Source: Hemiscyllium ocellatum
Taxonomy: Eukaryota
Direction of reading: 5' to 3'
Assembly: GCF_020745735.1 (NCBI RefSeq)
Contig: NC_083435.1
Span: 24,117,231 to 24,181,230, forward strand
Length of the DNA: 64,000 nt
Shown here: one piece after another, positions 33,772-46,940 of the stretch
How positions within the stretch are numbered: position 1 is the first letter of the stretch
Layout of the letters: each line of letters begins with the position of its first letter
The notes under the pieces: generated by a model
The model's input: only the letters and a program-made list of their open reading frames with translations
The model's database searches: none
What the model was told of the DNA's origin: nothing
Position numbers and translations under genes: made by a program

Positions 33772-34985
33772 CCTGAATCTGTCCCACCCTCCCAGTCACT
33801 GTTAAACCCTATCAGACTCATTTCACTCCCATCCTGACCCTATCCCACCCTCCCAGACACTGTTAAACCCTGTCAAACTAATTCCCCTCCCTCCCCTGAC
33901 CCTGTCCCACCCTACCAGTCACTGTTAAATCCTTACAGACTAATTCCCCTCCCCTCCTGACCCTGTCCCACCCTCCCAGACACTGTTAAACCCTGTCAGA
34001 CTAATTCCCCTCCCCTCCTGACCCTGTCCCACCCTCCCAGACACTGTTAAGTCCTGTCAGACTAATTCCTCTCCCCTCCTGACCCTGTCCCACCCTCCCA
34101 GACACTGTTAAACCCTGTCAGACTAATTCCCCTCCCCTCCTGACCCTGTCCCACCCTCCCAGAGACTGTTAAACCCTGTCAGACTAATTCCTCTCCCCTC
34201 CTGACCCTGTCCCACCCTCCCAGACACTGTTAAACCCTGTCAGATTAAATCCCCTCCCCTCCTGACCCTGTCCCACCCTCCCAGACACTGTTAAACCCTG
34301 TCAGATTAATTCCCCTCCCCTCCTGACCCTGTCCCACCCTCCCAGTCACTGTTAAACCCTATCAGACTCATTTCACTCCCATCCTGACCCTATCCCACCC
34401 TCCCAGACACTGTTAAACCCTGTCAGACTAATTCCTCTCCCCTCCTGACCCTGTCCCACCCTCCCAGACACTGTTAAACCCTGTCAGATTAATTCCCCTC
34501 CCCTCCTGACCCTGTCCCACCCTCCCAGACACTGTTAAGTCCTGTCAGACTAATTCCCCTCCCCTCCTGACCCTGTCCCACCCTCCCAGACACTGTTAAA
34601 CCCTGTCAGACTAATTCCCCTCCCCAACTGTCCCTGTCCCACCCTCCCAGTCACTGTTAAACCCTGTCAGACTAATTCCCCTCCCCAACTGTCCCTGTCC
34701 CACCCTCCCAGTCACTGTTAAACCCTGTCAGTCTCATTTCACTCCCATCCTGACCCTGTCTCACTGACCTTTAAAACTTGACAGACTAATTTCAGCCCTC
34801 TCCTGCCCTTGTCTCACTCCCCAGATAACGTTACAACCTGCCAGTCCACTTTCACTCCCCTCATGACTCACCCTCCCAGACACTGTTAAACCTCGTCAAA
34901 CTAATTCCCTTCCCCTCCTGACCCTGTCCCACCCTCCCAGACACTATTAAACCCTGTCAGACGAATTTCACTCCCCTCCCCACCC
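33772..34985. repeat. 61-bp minisatellite, ~20 copies, just 3' of the gene A stop codon
   Basis: Unit CTGACCCTGTCCCACCCTCCCAGACACTGTTAAACCCTGTCAGACTAATTCCCCTCCCCTC. Confidence 0.97.
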
Positions 34986-35924
34986 TGAAGAGATTGCCTC
35001 GTGTCTGTCCATTTCTGACCTTGTGGGTTTCCTGAGCTCCACTACAGGTCATTCCCGGAGCTTCATTGCGGAATAATGGGATCCTCCTGTTTCAGTGTGC
35101 ACATGGACATCAACGTCCATCCTTCCATATCACAGCAGATACACAGAATTACAGCTCATTGCTCACACCCAGTTGTTTCAGGATTGAGATTGATTTTCCT
35201 GAAAATGTGTTTCCACAGGTTGAACAGTGGATCCCAGATCCGCACGTGGATCCTGATTCTGCAAGTGAGACCCTTTCAAGTTGTGTTTCCATCCCGTCTC
35301 AGAAATGTGAGCAGTGTCACCGTCAGAGGGATCTTCACGGATGGTTCCTCCCTCACACTTTCTCATCCTCACTGTCTTCAGTGGGTCAGTGATTGACCTG
35401 AAACGTAGCAATGTCCTGAACTGCCTCTGAGCAAGGTTTTGTATTGTAGGACGTGAATCATTTCTGCACTTTATGCAACAAATGAATTTTGTCATTGTCT
35501 GATTTTTATATTGATATCTCTCTCTCACTATTTAACTTCTATTTTTATTCTCATCTATTTTAAGCCTAACTGATCTGTTTTGCACTTTATGTAAACAGCG
35601 TGATCAAATGTGAACTTTTATGTAAACTTCCTTTATTTTATTTGTTCACAATCATGTATTTATTGCAGCAAACATCTGTCATTATTTATCATCAACTGCA
35701 GATACTGATCATTGCAGTTGTTAATCAATAAATTATTGCTGATCATTGATTTGTCTGAATTCTTCATTAATGATTTCACAGGAAAGGGTTAATTCATTCA
35801 CTCTGCAGATTGTGGATCTTGGAATCAGCAGTGTTTGAGCTTCAGTTCAGTGTGAACTGGGAGGGGGTTATGACCATGTAACTCCCCAGGAAGCCTTTCC
35901 CAAACCAAGCAGGATGTACACAGT

Positions 35925-36140
35925 AAAAAACCAACAGAACTGTACATGCTGTAAATCAGAAACAACAATGGAAATGGCTGGAAAAGCTCAGCAGGTCTGG
36001 CAGCATCTGTGCAGAGAAATCAGAGTTACTGTTTCGGGTCTGGTGACCCTTCCTCAGAACTGGTCTGATTTCTTTGATTTCTCTTGACAGATGCTGCCAG
36101 ACCTGCTGAGCTTTTCCAGCAATCTCTGTTTTTGCTCAGC
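35925..36140. mobile_element. Penelope-derived hairpin element: perfect 34-bp inverted repeat enclosing a hammerhead motif
   Basis: 35977-36010 is the exact reverse complement of 36087-36120. The loop contains CTGAGGA-A-GGGTC-ACCA-GACCC-GAAAC on the minus strand. Confidence 0.75.
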
Positions 36141-36671
36141 TTGTACAAAGTGATGTTTATTTAATGTGTGTGTTTCAGAGTTGGATGGTTGATAATGTCT
36201 GGGAGTGTTCATTCCCTGGGGGGGGGAGGGGGAGAGCGGGGGGGGTGGGGGTGGGGGTGGGGAATGTCCTTTTGGAAGGATCTGAATGAGTGTGAAGAGA
36301 GGGCCAGGCAGATGCTGAATATTTAGTTCCTTTCACCTTTTCCTTTTTCAGCTTCCGCTTCGTCTGTCAGGACCCCTCCGCAGTCACATTAAATTTTTAT
36401 CAGAATCTGTGCAATGGCTTCTTTCACTGTCTTTCCACATCTATATATGAGCAGCCAATCCACAATAATATCCACTGTCAGAAGATCCCTGATGTTCTCA
36501 TGCTGTCTGCTTTGATGCTGTTCTGGAACAGTCATTGAAATCCTTTGGATCTATGCAGACTCTCAGATTTCCAGGTGGTTTTTTTCCCGATGGCCGCGAT
36601 GCCGCAAATGCATTCTGTAGGAGTTGTCCCTTTCTTGATAACTACCATTTTTTCCACAGCTTGACTATCAG

Positions 36672-36948
36672 TGGGTGGCATGGTGGCACAGTGGTTAGCA
36701 CTGCTGCCTCCCACTGCCTGAGACCTGGGTTCAATTCCTGCCTCAGGCGACTGACTGTGTGGAATTTGCACATTTTCCCCATGTCTGCATGGGTTTCCTC
36801 CCACAGTCCAAAGATGAGCAGGTCAGGTAAATTGGCCTTAGTGTTAGGAATGGGACAAATGTAGACATATGGGTGGATGGTGGGTCGGTGTGGACTTGTT
36901 GGGCTGAAGGGCCTGTTTCCACATTGTGAGTAATGTAATCTATCTTTC
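36672..36948 (+). mobile_element. HE1-type tRNA-derived SINE
   Basis: A box TGGCACAGTGGTTAG, B box GGTTCAATTCC and a CR1-like tail. Confidence 0.88.
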
Positions 36949-37899
36949 CTTTCAGGTTGGACAGGAGGGCAGCTGGATCTCTCCTCAGCAAATGCTGCAC
37001 TGGTCTCACACTCTCATCCTCTTCGAGATGATATGTGTTGCCAATGTAAGCTTTAGACTTGCTTCAGCTGGGATGAATGGATTGTTACTCGATGTCTACG
37101 ATCTGGATCTGCAGGTCTTTATTGTGACAATCACATTGGTTTCTCAGCTTCATTTGTCCTCTTTGGAAGAGTGAGGTTTCAGTAGGTGGTCTCAAATTTA
37201 CCTTTGATGGATTCATTTTCAGGTCATCAAATAGAGCCACTTCACATTGTGTCGTGAAGATTATGATGTTGCATGAATCACTGGCGCCTGTCTGACAGTT
37301 CACATTCACCTGATGCTCTCCTTCAGCAGTCATCATTCTAACAATAACAAACCATTTGTTACCTTTAGACCCAGTGATGCTGACAGGTTATATGGTTTAG
37401 AATGACCCGTTTAGAATCACCATCTGACACGTCTCCAGCAATAATCAGTTTGGGCCTGCTTTTCCTCTTTTGAGCTGAAGACTTGTGTTTCAAGTGAATC
37501 AGATTTTGCATGGAGACCATAAATTCCCCAACACTTGATGTCCTTCCTTTTCTTTGCTGTGTTGTCCTCTACAACATTTACATCTTGTACATTGGGGCTT
37601 GATGTTTCTGCTGGCCCTTCAGCTAATATTTCTTCTTGTTTTTCCCGTAATGCTGTTCTTGATTACCGGGACAGAGTCTCAGCATAATGCAAAACCTTGT
37701 CTTTGTCCATTAATCTTCTCCAGCTTTGATTGACAACCTCAGAGCTTCTGCACATGGCAATAGATTTCTCGAGCAAGTTTCTCCTCTCTCAGAAGCTACG
37801 CTGTCATGGTGGGACCTCTCAAAAGACATTCTTATCTCCAACAAGCTTAGCTTCTATTATCCAGACTCTGAGATTCCAGCCAGATACCTCAATGCCATC

Positions 37900-39795
37900 A
37901 CCATACTGATCCATATCCTTTGTCTCCTTCAGGGATCTGATGTCCAGCACAGCTCCGTTCTGTATAATCAGTAATGGAGTGCTCAAAAAATAGCTTCAAG
38001 GCTTTCAAAATGTCTCCAGCCTGATGTTTCTGTCCCCAGTGAGGTCTAGAATGTAGACCAGCTGGTAGCTGGAGCTTGGGCCTGATGGGATGCATCCCAG
38101 CGTATTCAAGGAAGTAGCCACAGAGATAGTTGATGCATTGAATCTTCTGGAAATTATCCGATTCTGGAAAAATCCCAGAGGATTCGAAATCCGCCACTTT
38201 TACTTAAAAAAGAAAGGAAACAAAAAATGATAACTTTTGGCTGGTCAGTTTGATGCCTGTTATTGGGAAAATGAATCTAGAAATAAACAGCATGACCAAG
38301 CAGAATCAGCATGGCATTGTGAAGGTGAAATCCTGCCTGAAAAATAAATTGAAATCTTTGAGGAAGGAACAAGCAAGACAGATACAGCGAAAGCAGTGGG
38401 TGAACTGTCTGGATTTTTGATCATGTCCCACATATGAGGCTACTTAATAAGATAAGAGCCCATGATGGTGGAGGTAGTATATTAGCATTGATTGAGGATT
38501 AGCAAATGAATTAAAGAGAGAGAGAGTTCCAATAAAGGAAGCGTTTTCACAATAGCAGCCTGTAACTAGTGCCACAGGGATCAGTGTTGTGGCCATAACT
38601 ATTTACAAAAGATATTAATGACATGGAAAAGAAAAGTGAATGTAATACAGTCTAGTTTGAGGATGATACAAAAAGATTAGATTAGATTACTTACAGTGTG
38701 GAAACAGGCCCTTCGGCCCAACAAGTCCACACCGACCCGCCAAAGCGCAACCCACCCATACCACTACATATACCCCTTACCTAACACTACGGGCAACTTA
38801 GCATGGCCAATTCACCTGACCCGCACGTCTTTGGACCGTGGGAGGAAACCGGAGCACCCGGAGGAAACCCACGCAGACACGGGGAGAACGTGCAAACTCC
38901 ACACAGTCAGTCGCCTGAGGCAGGAATTGAACCCAGGTCTCTGGCGCTGTGAGGCAGCAGTGCTAACCACTGTGCCACCGTGCCACCCCACGGGATGTGG
39001 GATGGCAAGTGATGAAGAGGACATGAAGTGTCTGCAGAGGGATATAAAGGGGTTGACTGAATGGGCCAACACTTGGCAGATGGAATGTAATGTGGGAAAA
39101 TGTAGGTTGTGCACATTGTCAGGACAAACACAGGGGCTGAATATCATTCAAATGGAGAAAGCCACAGGAAAGAGGGATTTCAGGGTCTTCACCCCTGAAT
39201 CACAAAAAGCCAGTGTTCAGGTTCAGCCGGAAGGCAAATGGAATGTTGGCCTTGACTTCAAAAGGATGGAGTGTAAAAGTAAGGAGGCTTTGTAACAACT
39301 ATAGATGGCACTGGTCAGACCCAGTGGGAAGACGGTGACCAGGTTTGGGCCCTTTATCTAAGGAAGGATACCCTGGTAGTGAGGGCAGTCTGAAGAAGGT
39401 TCACTCGGCTGCTCCCAGATATGGAGGTTCAGTCTGATGGGGAGAGCTGGAGTAGATTAGCCTGCACTCATTGGAACATAGAAACATGAGAGGTGGCCTT
39501 TCCCCAGAGGAGGGGAGTCCAAAACTAGAGGATATAGGGATAAGAGGGGAAGGATTTAAAGGGAGCTGAGGGGCCAGTTTTTCACACAAGGAGTGGTGGG
39601 TACATGGAACCAGCTGCCAGAGGATGTGGTAGAGGTGAGTACAATTACAATATTCAAAAGACATTTGGACAGGTACATGGACAGGAAAGGTCGAGGGGAA
39701 TACAGGACAAACACAGACAAATGGGATTAATCTAGTTTAGGAAACCTGGTGGTGGGCATGGACGAGTTGGGCTGAAGGGTCTGCTTCTATGCTGC
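37900..39795 (+). mobile_element. Decayed CR1 LINE (RT to 3' end), interrupted by a SINE
   Basis: EEDMKCLQRDIKGLTEWANTWQMECNVGKC and the 3' UTR GGACGAGTTGGGCTGAAGGG. Confidence 0.8.
38675..38988 (-). mobile_element. HE1-type SINE, full length
   Basis: The minus strand starts GGGTGGCACGGTGGCACAGTGGTTAGCACTGCTGCC and ends in (AATCT)n. Confidence 0.93.
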
Positions 39796-40507
39796 ATGTT
39801 TCTACAACTCTCTCTGACTCTAGGCCTGCTCTAGAAGTAACTCTCAAACCATGGGCCCTTCAGGACCTCACTCTGGAGCTCAGGGACACCTAGTACTGCC
39901 TTACATCAGCCAGGTCACTGTGTCCAGGGATAAACAGTATCTTCCATACCCAGACAGACTGACCTTAATACATAACGCTGGATACAGGGGGAAATGTACA
40001 AGTTTAAACGGAAGCAAACAGGGATGCATCCACCCGGATAGAGATGAGAGTTCAGGGTCTCACATGACCAGCTTTTATAATTGGATAGGGATCACTGTCC
40101 TTTCTGATGAAGAGTGGGAGCGGGGCTGTCGGATGGAGAATGAGGATTTCCCTCCCATTTCAGCTGCAGCACACGGTCTGTGCTTTCACCTCCTGGAGCG
40201 ATCCCCGTTCCTGATGTGGGCAGCGTCTCAAACCTGCAGCTCTTGGTGTCAAACCCCTGTGTGTCTGCCTTTCAGTCTCACGGTAACTGGTGACACTCTC
40301 ACGGTTTCACATTTAATTGGGTGTTTTTTTTTTCTGATACGAACCAATCATCCCCCTCTCTGTTTGAGTTGGAGGAAGTGATCAAATTTCCATCCAACTT
40401 GCAGAATGGACTCACTGCAGACGTTTTTCTTTGTCAAATCCAGTCCATTATCAGCAGCTTTTACCCCAATCCGTTTTTGATGGGAATAGGGAGAGTGGAT
40501 TCCCAGA

Positions 40508-40559
40508 ATGTTTCTGATCCTTCTCTCCCTCTCCCTGTGTTTTTCCCAGGTCTCTCCCG
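40508..40559 (+). CDS. MHC class I-like gene B exon 1 (signal peptide MFLILLSLSLCFSQVSP)
   Basis: ATG, hydrophobic leader and phase-1 GTAAGT donor. Confidence 0.87.
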
Positions 40560-40584
40560 GTAAGTACAGAATTCAGCTTTCCAT

Positions 40585-40615
<31 letters not shown>

Positions 40616-40934
40616 CTGGGGTGAATGTGAGTCTCTTGGGGAGAGTTTGAAATGGGGGATGTTTGATCAGCCGCCTGTTATACAGCCAGCCTGATCTTTT
40701 ACACATTGAAGGCAGCACAGTCTGGGAGACTCTGATGGGATTTTGTGTCCAGGTCTCCTGACAGCAGGATGTAGAAACCCCGAGATCAGAGAAACTCCGA
40801 GCAAATGGGAAATGGTTCCAATGGACAATTTTAATTGGGAGAAGCCAGACAGCTTCATCATTCCTGGTCTAAAGTCTTGTAAACACTGGGGGGGAGGAGA
40901 AGGAGACTCCATGTCTAACCCAGCCCAGGCTCAG

Positions 40935-43900
40935 GGATCCCTGATGGAGGTGACTCAGCAAGTCTGAGCCTATAGTGCTTCTCCCAGGACCGAGGCAAAG
41001 TGAGCCACCCTCCTCCACCACACTCACCAAATCAATTCAAAATAGTTTTTATTTAATGTTTTGCTGGAATGCTGGGGGTTTGAAGTATTGGATTACTGTC
41101 AAAAGCAGGAAGAGGAAACCTCCCAAGGGCCCCAAAGCCACCCAGCAAAGGGGGAAGCGACACCTGCAAGTCGAGGACACAGGCAGCTCTTCCGATGGTG
41201 AGGACGGGCGCAAGAAGGGTCCTCCTCAGAGGAAGAGACAGAGCGCCGTGGGGAGAAAGGAGGGCAGCACCACCCAGGAAGGGAAAGACGATCCCTCTGT
41301 CGGGAGGGGTAAAGGCCTCCCCCTACCCGGTGAGAACCAAGAGGTACCCACCGGCCCACAGCTCCAGGTAACTGGGAGCAGCGGTCCTGTGACAGCCCCG
41401 CTGTCAGATGGAGAACTGGACGGTGCGGACCCTGGGCCCGACACAAAGACACCAGAGCGGGGAAGTGGCTCCAGCGTGGAGCCGGACAGCTACCTCAGCC
41501 CCCCGGAAAGGTCCAGCAGTTTGCCGTCACCACGGGGATGCACACAGCTACCCCAGAGGGGCAAGACCAGCAGCAAATGGACACTGTTAACCTTGTAAAC
41601 TGTTAAAATGGGGTTTAAAATTGCCAGCATCAATGTTGGCTGCGCGATGTGTTTCAACGATGGCCTTCCTGGCCAGCGTTAAAGCCGACCTCCTGTTTCT
41701 GCAGGAGTGTGGGATACCGCACCTCAGCAGCTACAGGAGATGGTCGAGCTTGTGGGCCCATGGGCAGTCAGTTTGGTCGGGGGGGACAACGATAGCCGCG
41801 CCTCCGGCCTGGGTATCCTGTTGCGAGGAAGCAACTTCACCATCTCCGAGGTTCAGGAGGTGGTGGGCGGGCGCCTCCTCATCACCGACGTTATGTACAA
41901 GAATGCTCCCCTGAGATTGATCAATGTGTACGCCCCAGTGGGTAAGAGTGAACGGTTGGCCATCCTGCAGCAGCTTCCACTGTTGCTGGCTACGTCCAGG
42001 CTGGTCATTCTGGCCGGAGACTTCAACTGTATCATTGATGCAGATGGACGATCCGGCGGGGGGGACAGTAAACTGGACGCCACGTCCAGAGCCCTGATGG
42101 TCATGGTAAAAGATGCCAAGCTGCACGACATCTTCAGCACCCCTGCAGATGGAGCACAGCGTAGATACACCTGGTCAGGGGCAGACGGGTCTATCCGTTC
42201 AAGGATAGATTACCTGTTTGTGTCCCGAACGCTCTCGGTCAGATCCACCGACGTCAAGCCGGTGTTCTTCTCTGACCACTGCCTCCTGCTGGCCGACTGT
42301 CACCTACAGGATGAGCAGCGGGCGGGTAAGGGAACGTGGAAGCTGAAAACAAAGCTGTTGAACCCGGGAAACATTGAGGAGCTCAAGAGGGACTATGCAG
42401 GTTGGAGAACCGTGAAGCCCCTCTTTGAGTCCCCAGCGGACTGGTGGGAAACAGTAAAAGGGAACATCAAGAGGTTCTTCATCCTCCGAGGTGTTCAGGA
42501 GGTGAGAGAGAGGCGGGGAAAACTGTCCCAGCTCCAGGAAAGTATGCAGAACCTGCTCCTGCTGCAGACGATGGGGGTCGATGTCACGGAGGACCTCAAG
42601 GAGGTGAAGAGCCAGCAAGCCTCGCTCTTTGCCTCGGAGGCCTCCAAGATAATCTTCCGGTCCAGGGTCCGCTCGGTGGAGCAGGACGAGACGTGCTCAC
42701 ATTTCTTCTTCCAGAAGGTGCACAAAGAGAGCTCTGTGCTCAGCAGCCTGAAGGAAGAAGACGGCTCGACAACGTCATCTCAGGCTGATGTCATGAGGAT
42801 CAGTAAATCCTTCTATGCCAGTCTGTATGACGCGAAGCCAACTGACAGCGAGCCCTCCCAGTTATTCCTGTCCTCCATCACGGAGGTCTTAGACGACAGA
42901 ACACGTGAGAGGCTGGACCAGCCGCTATCTCTGGACGAGCTGACCAAGGCCCTCGAGTCCTTCGAAAAGAATAAAACTCCCGCTCTGTGGGACTTGATTG
43001 GCCAGGACCTGCTGGAGGTGTATGTCAGTATGCTTCAGGCGGGTACCATGAGCGAATCCATGAGGAAAGGCATCATCACCCTCATCTACAAGCGGAAGGG
43101 GGGAGGGAGGAACTCAAAAATTGGAGACCGATCACACTGTTGAATGTGGATTACAAAATCCTGTCAAAGGTAATCGCCAACCGGGTCAGGTCTGCTCTGG
43201 GGTCGGTGATTCACCCTGACCAAACCTGTGCTGTGCCGGGCAGGAAGATCGCTGAGAGTCTCGCACACCTCAGGGATACGATCGCCTACGTGCAGGACAG
43301 AGGGTTGGACATCTGCCTGATCAGCCTGGACCAGGAGAAAGTCTTTGACAGGATATCACACAGGTATATGAGAGATGTTCTCTCCAAAATGGGCTTTGGG
43401 GAGGGAATCTGCAATTGGATCAGACTGCTCTACACCAACATTGTTAATGCAGTCTCAATCAATGGGTGGGAATCAGATAGCTTCCCAGTCAGATCTGGAG
43501 TCAGGCAGGGCTGCCCTCTCTCTCCTGCCTTGTTTGTGTGCTGCATAGAGCCATTTGCCGAGTCCATCAGGAAGGATGCGAGCCTGAGAGGGGTGACTAT
43601 TCCTGGCAGCAGGCGCCTGCAGGTTAAGGCCTCCCTGTACATGGATGACGTCGCTGTTTTCTGCTCGGATCCGCTGTCCGTGCGCAGACTCATGTGCATA
43701 TGTGACCAGTTCGAATGGGCCTCTGGGGCCAAGGTAAACCGAGGCAAGAGCGAGGCCATGCTCTTCGGGAACTGGGCTGACGAATCCTTGATCCCCTTCA
43801 CCGTCAGGACCGACCATCTGAAGGTGCTGGGTATTTGGTTTGGGTGGGGGGGGTGGGGCTGGGGCGTGCGCCAAGTCTTGGGAGGAGTGTATCAGCAACA

Positions 43901-46900
43901 TGAGGCAGAAACTGGGCAGATGGAAGCTACGGTCGCTCTCCATCACGGGAAAAAGCCTGGTCATCAGGTGTGAGGCACTGTCATTGCTGTTATACGTGGC
44001 ACAGGTCTGGCCTATTCCCAGAACCTGTGCCGCTGCAGTCACCCAGGCCATCTTCCAGTCTATATGGAGTTCAAAGATGGACCGGGTCCGAAGGGACTCG
44101 CTGTACAAAGATCTGGGCAACGGGGGAAAAAAATACATCCCAATGCTACCCTCACCCTGATGGCCACCTTTGTGTGTGGTTGCATCAAGCTGTGCATGGA
44201 TCTCTGGTACACAAACACCAAGTGTCACTACGTACTGAGGTTCTACCTGTCCCCGGTGTTGCGAAGGATGGGCCTGGCCTCGCTGCCGCGAAACGCTCTG
44301 AGTAGTTGGACCGTTCCGTATCACCTGTCCTTTCTGGAGAAGTTTATTAAGAAAAACACCTTTTGACCACAAGTCCATCAGGAAGTGGTCAGCACGTAGC
44401 GTCCTTGAGACATTTCGGGAAAAGGAGAGGGTGGATCCTATTGAGCGGTTCTCTGAGCAGACTGTCAAAGCCATTTGGCAGAATGCCTCATCGCCAGAAC
44501 TTTCCAACAAGCACCAAGACATGGCTTGGCTAGTGGTGAGAAGGTCTCTGCCTGTGAGATCATTTATGCACGCCCGGACTCTCAGCCGCACCGCACGCTG
44601 CCCTCGAAGTGGCTGCGGGGGGGACGAGACTGTCACACACCTCCTTCTGGAATGTGCCTATGCAGAGGAAGTCTGGAGAGGAATGTAGTGGTATTTGTCG
44701 AGGTTCGTCCCGAGCAGCGCCGTGACGCGGGACTCCGTGCTCTACGGCCTGTTCCCCGGGACGCACACCGAGACGAACATCAACTGCGCCTGGAGGATCG
44801 TCAACTCGGTGAAGGATGCTCTCTGGGTGGTCCGAAACCTGTTGGTCTTTCAGCTGAAGGAGTTGACCCCGACTGAGTGTTGCAGACTGGCACATTCCAA
44901 GGTCCAGGACTACGTGTTGAGGGACGCGCTGAAGCTTGGGGCAGCTGCTGCCAAGGTGCGGTGGGGAAAGACCACTATGTAACATCTGCCTGCCTCAGAA
45001 GAATAGGGGGCCCTGCAGTCATTTGGGCTCTGCTGATGCCTCACCTAAATATATGGGCACATGATGGATAAATGTACAGACCTGTATATAACAATGATAA
45101 ATTCTGATCTCTGTTTGTAAATGTTTACGTATGTATGGCATGACCAACTGTACAGACCATCAAATTATTTTATGAATAAAGTATATTTTTGAAATAAAAA
45201 CAAGTAATTAGTGGTTTAGTACTAAATTTATACACTTCAGTCTCCTGTAAAAATGACTCGGGGGAAAGGAGCCCCTCCCCAGCTGCAGTAGAGGCGTCTG
45301 CAGCTGCCCGGGGTACTTACCTACAGTGGCGAGCCTCGCGAAAATAATCTCCAAACTCGATGCAAAGATCGATGCTTTCATAGAAGAGTCCCGAAGTCGG
45401 TGGAATTCATTCTCGGCTGCGCTATCAAAGCACGGCCGAGACAACGAAGAAATCGAGCGCCGAGTCGGAGGGGCGGAGCTAAAGGCCGCGACCTCCGAGG
45501 CCATTGCAGAGTCGGCCGTGGATCGTGTCCGGACTCTCAAACAGTGAGTCCGGACCTTAGAGAATCACATTGACGACCTCGAGAATCGAGGTCATAGAAA
45601 AAAATATTCGTTTGCTGGGCCTTCCCAAACGGGAAGAAGAAGGTCAGCTTATAAGGTTGCTTGAACAGTGGCTTCCGCAGTTATTAAATCTGGAGGCTGG
45701 ATCAGGCCAGGTAAGGGTAGAATGGGCCTACCGGGTTACAATACATGGGCCCGGCTCGAACCAGCACCCCAGCCCGGTCCTGTTCCAGCTGCAGAGCTAT
45801 AAGGTGAGGCAGATTCTCTTGGAAGCCTCCAGAAATCTTGGGAAAGATCCACAAGCCATGACTCATAAAGGATCCAAGATTATGTTATTTCAGGACTTTA
45901 CCCCAGCTTTGGTCCGAAAGAGGAAGGCGTTTGATGAAGCAAAGAAGTGTTTAAGGGATTTAAACATTCAATACTCCTTGCGCTACCCAGCTCTACTACG
46001 CTGTAGCCGTGAAGGGTCCGTGTATAACTTCGGATCACCGGAGAAGGCCAAGGAACTTCTGGACTCTCTTAGACAAATTATAAGAGTTAATCAATGTTGT
46101 TTTGCCCTACCCCACCCCGGTTTTAGCCAGAGAGTCTAGTTAATGTAGATGGGGGTGGGGGGGATGGTGGCTACCTTATCTTATTTTATCTTTGTCCTTG
46201 GGAGCGGGGTGGTTTTCCCCTGTTATTTTGTATTAATATATTTAATTATTATTTGCTGAGACCGTAATTTTGTAATACCATATATGAACATATATGACTA
46301 ACATTACCAAATATATTCAGGTGTTGGTGTAGGTGGGGGTGGGGGTGGTGGTGAATAGGGTACTCACTGCTAGTTCTACTTCAGTCGTATACTTGAATTT
46401 TCTTTATCCTATCGTGGGATGCCTGTGTCAAGGGTGGAGCACTGGTTGGGAGAGGTTATGGTGGGTGTTTTGGAAAAGAAACAATGTCCCCTGGGAATAA
46501 GGGGGAAGATCTCCATTTAAATACATTTTATACTTTTTTTTACTATTTAGAAAATAGTTTTTTTAAATTGTATCGATTTGAATGTACTAAAGAGCTTTTA
46601 TATTTGTGAATTTTATATGTTCTATGCTCGTGATGTTTTGGATAAATAAGGGTTTTGTTGTGATCTGATGTTAACACATTCCGAGCAGGTATGTCACTGC
46701 TCAATTTATGTGTTATCCGTTAGGTTTTTTTTCTCTGAATAATGTAAGAATTTTAATTATACACTCTGGTTAGTTGTAAGTTAGATGAGTAGTTAGTTGA
46801 GTTTTTTGTCTTTTTTTTTCTCTTGGTATTTCTTTTTTCTTGTCTGATAGATTTTGGTTGTCATTTATTTAAGATTTAACTGTATATCAATGTTTATACT

Positions 46901-46940
46901 TGGGTTATTTTTAGTTTTCTTCTGTAAACTTGTGAAAAAA
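40935..46940 (+). mobile_element. ORF1-only L1-clade element (HAL1-like, ~1.9 kb), interrupted by Tx1 at 41087-45200
   Basis: L1-type ORF1 at 45253-~46140 (coiled coil, RLLGLPKREEEG, IMLFQDFTPALVRKRKAFDEAKKCL), a T-rich tail and poly(A) at 46935-46942. Direct repeat AACCCAGCCCAGGC at 40917-40930 and 46941-46954. Confidence 0.78.
41087..45200 (+). mobile_element. Tx1 non-LTR retrotransposon, 5'-truncated in ORF1, ORF2 disrupted
   Basis: ORF2 ATG at 41608, APE endonuclease (LFLQECG, LAGDFNC, SRIDY, SDH), RT YMDD and C-terminal zinc finger, with several frameshifts and stops. AATAAA and an A tail. Confidence 0.96.

Noticed and set aside
36672-36745. tRNA gene-like A and B boxes (also 38915-38988 and 63645-63716)
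   Set aside because: These are SINE heads that continue into the HE1 body and tail, with no complete cloverleaf.
41608-44982. Potentially active autonomous Tx1 partner for the U1 inserts
   Set aside because: ORF2 has frameshifts, stops and a small deletion. Its ORF1 belongs to a different subfamily and its flanks are not U1.
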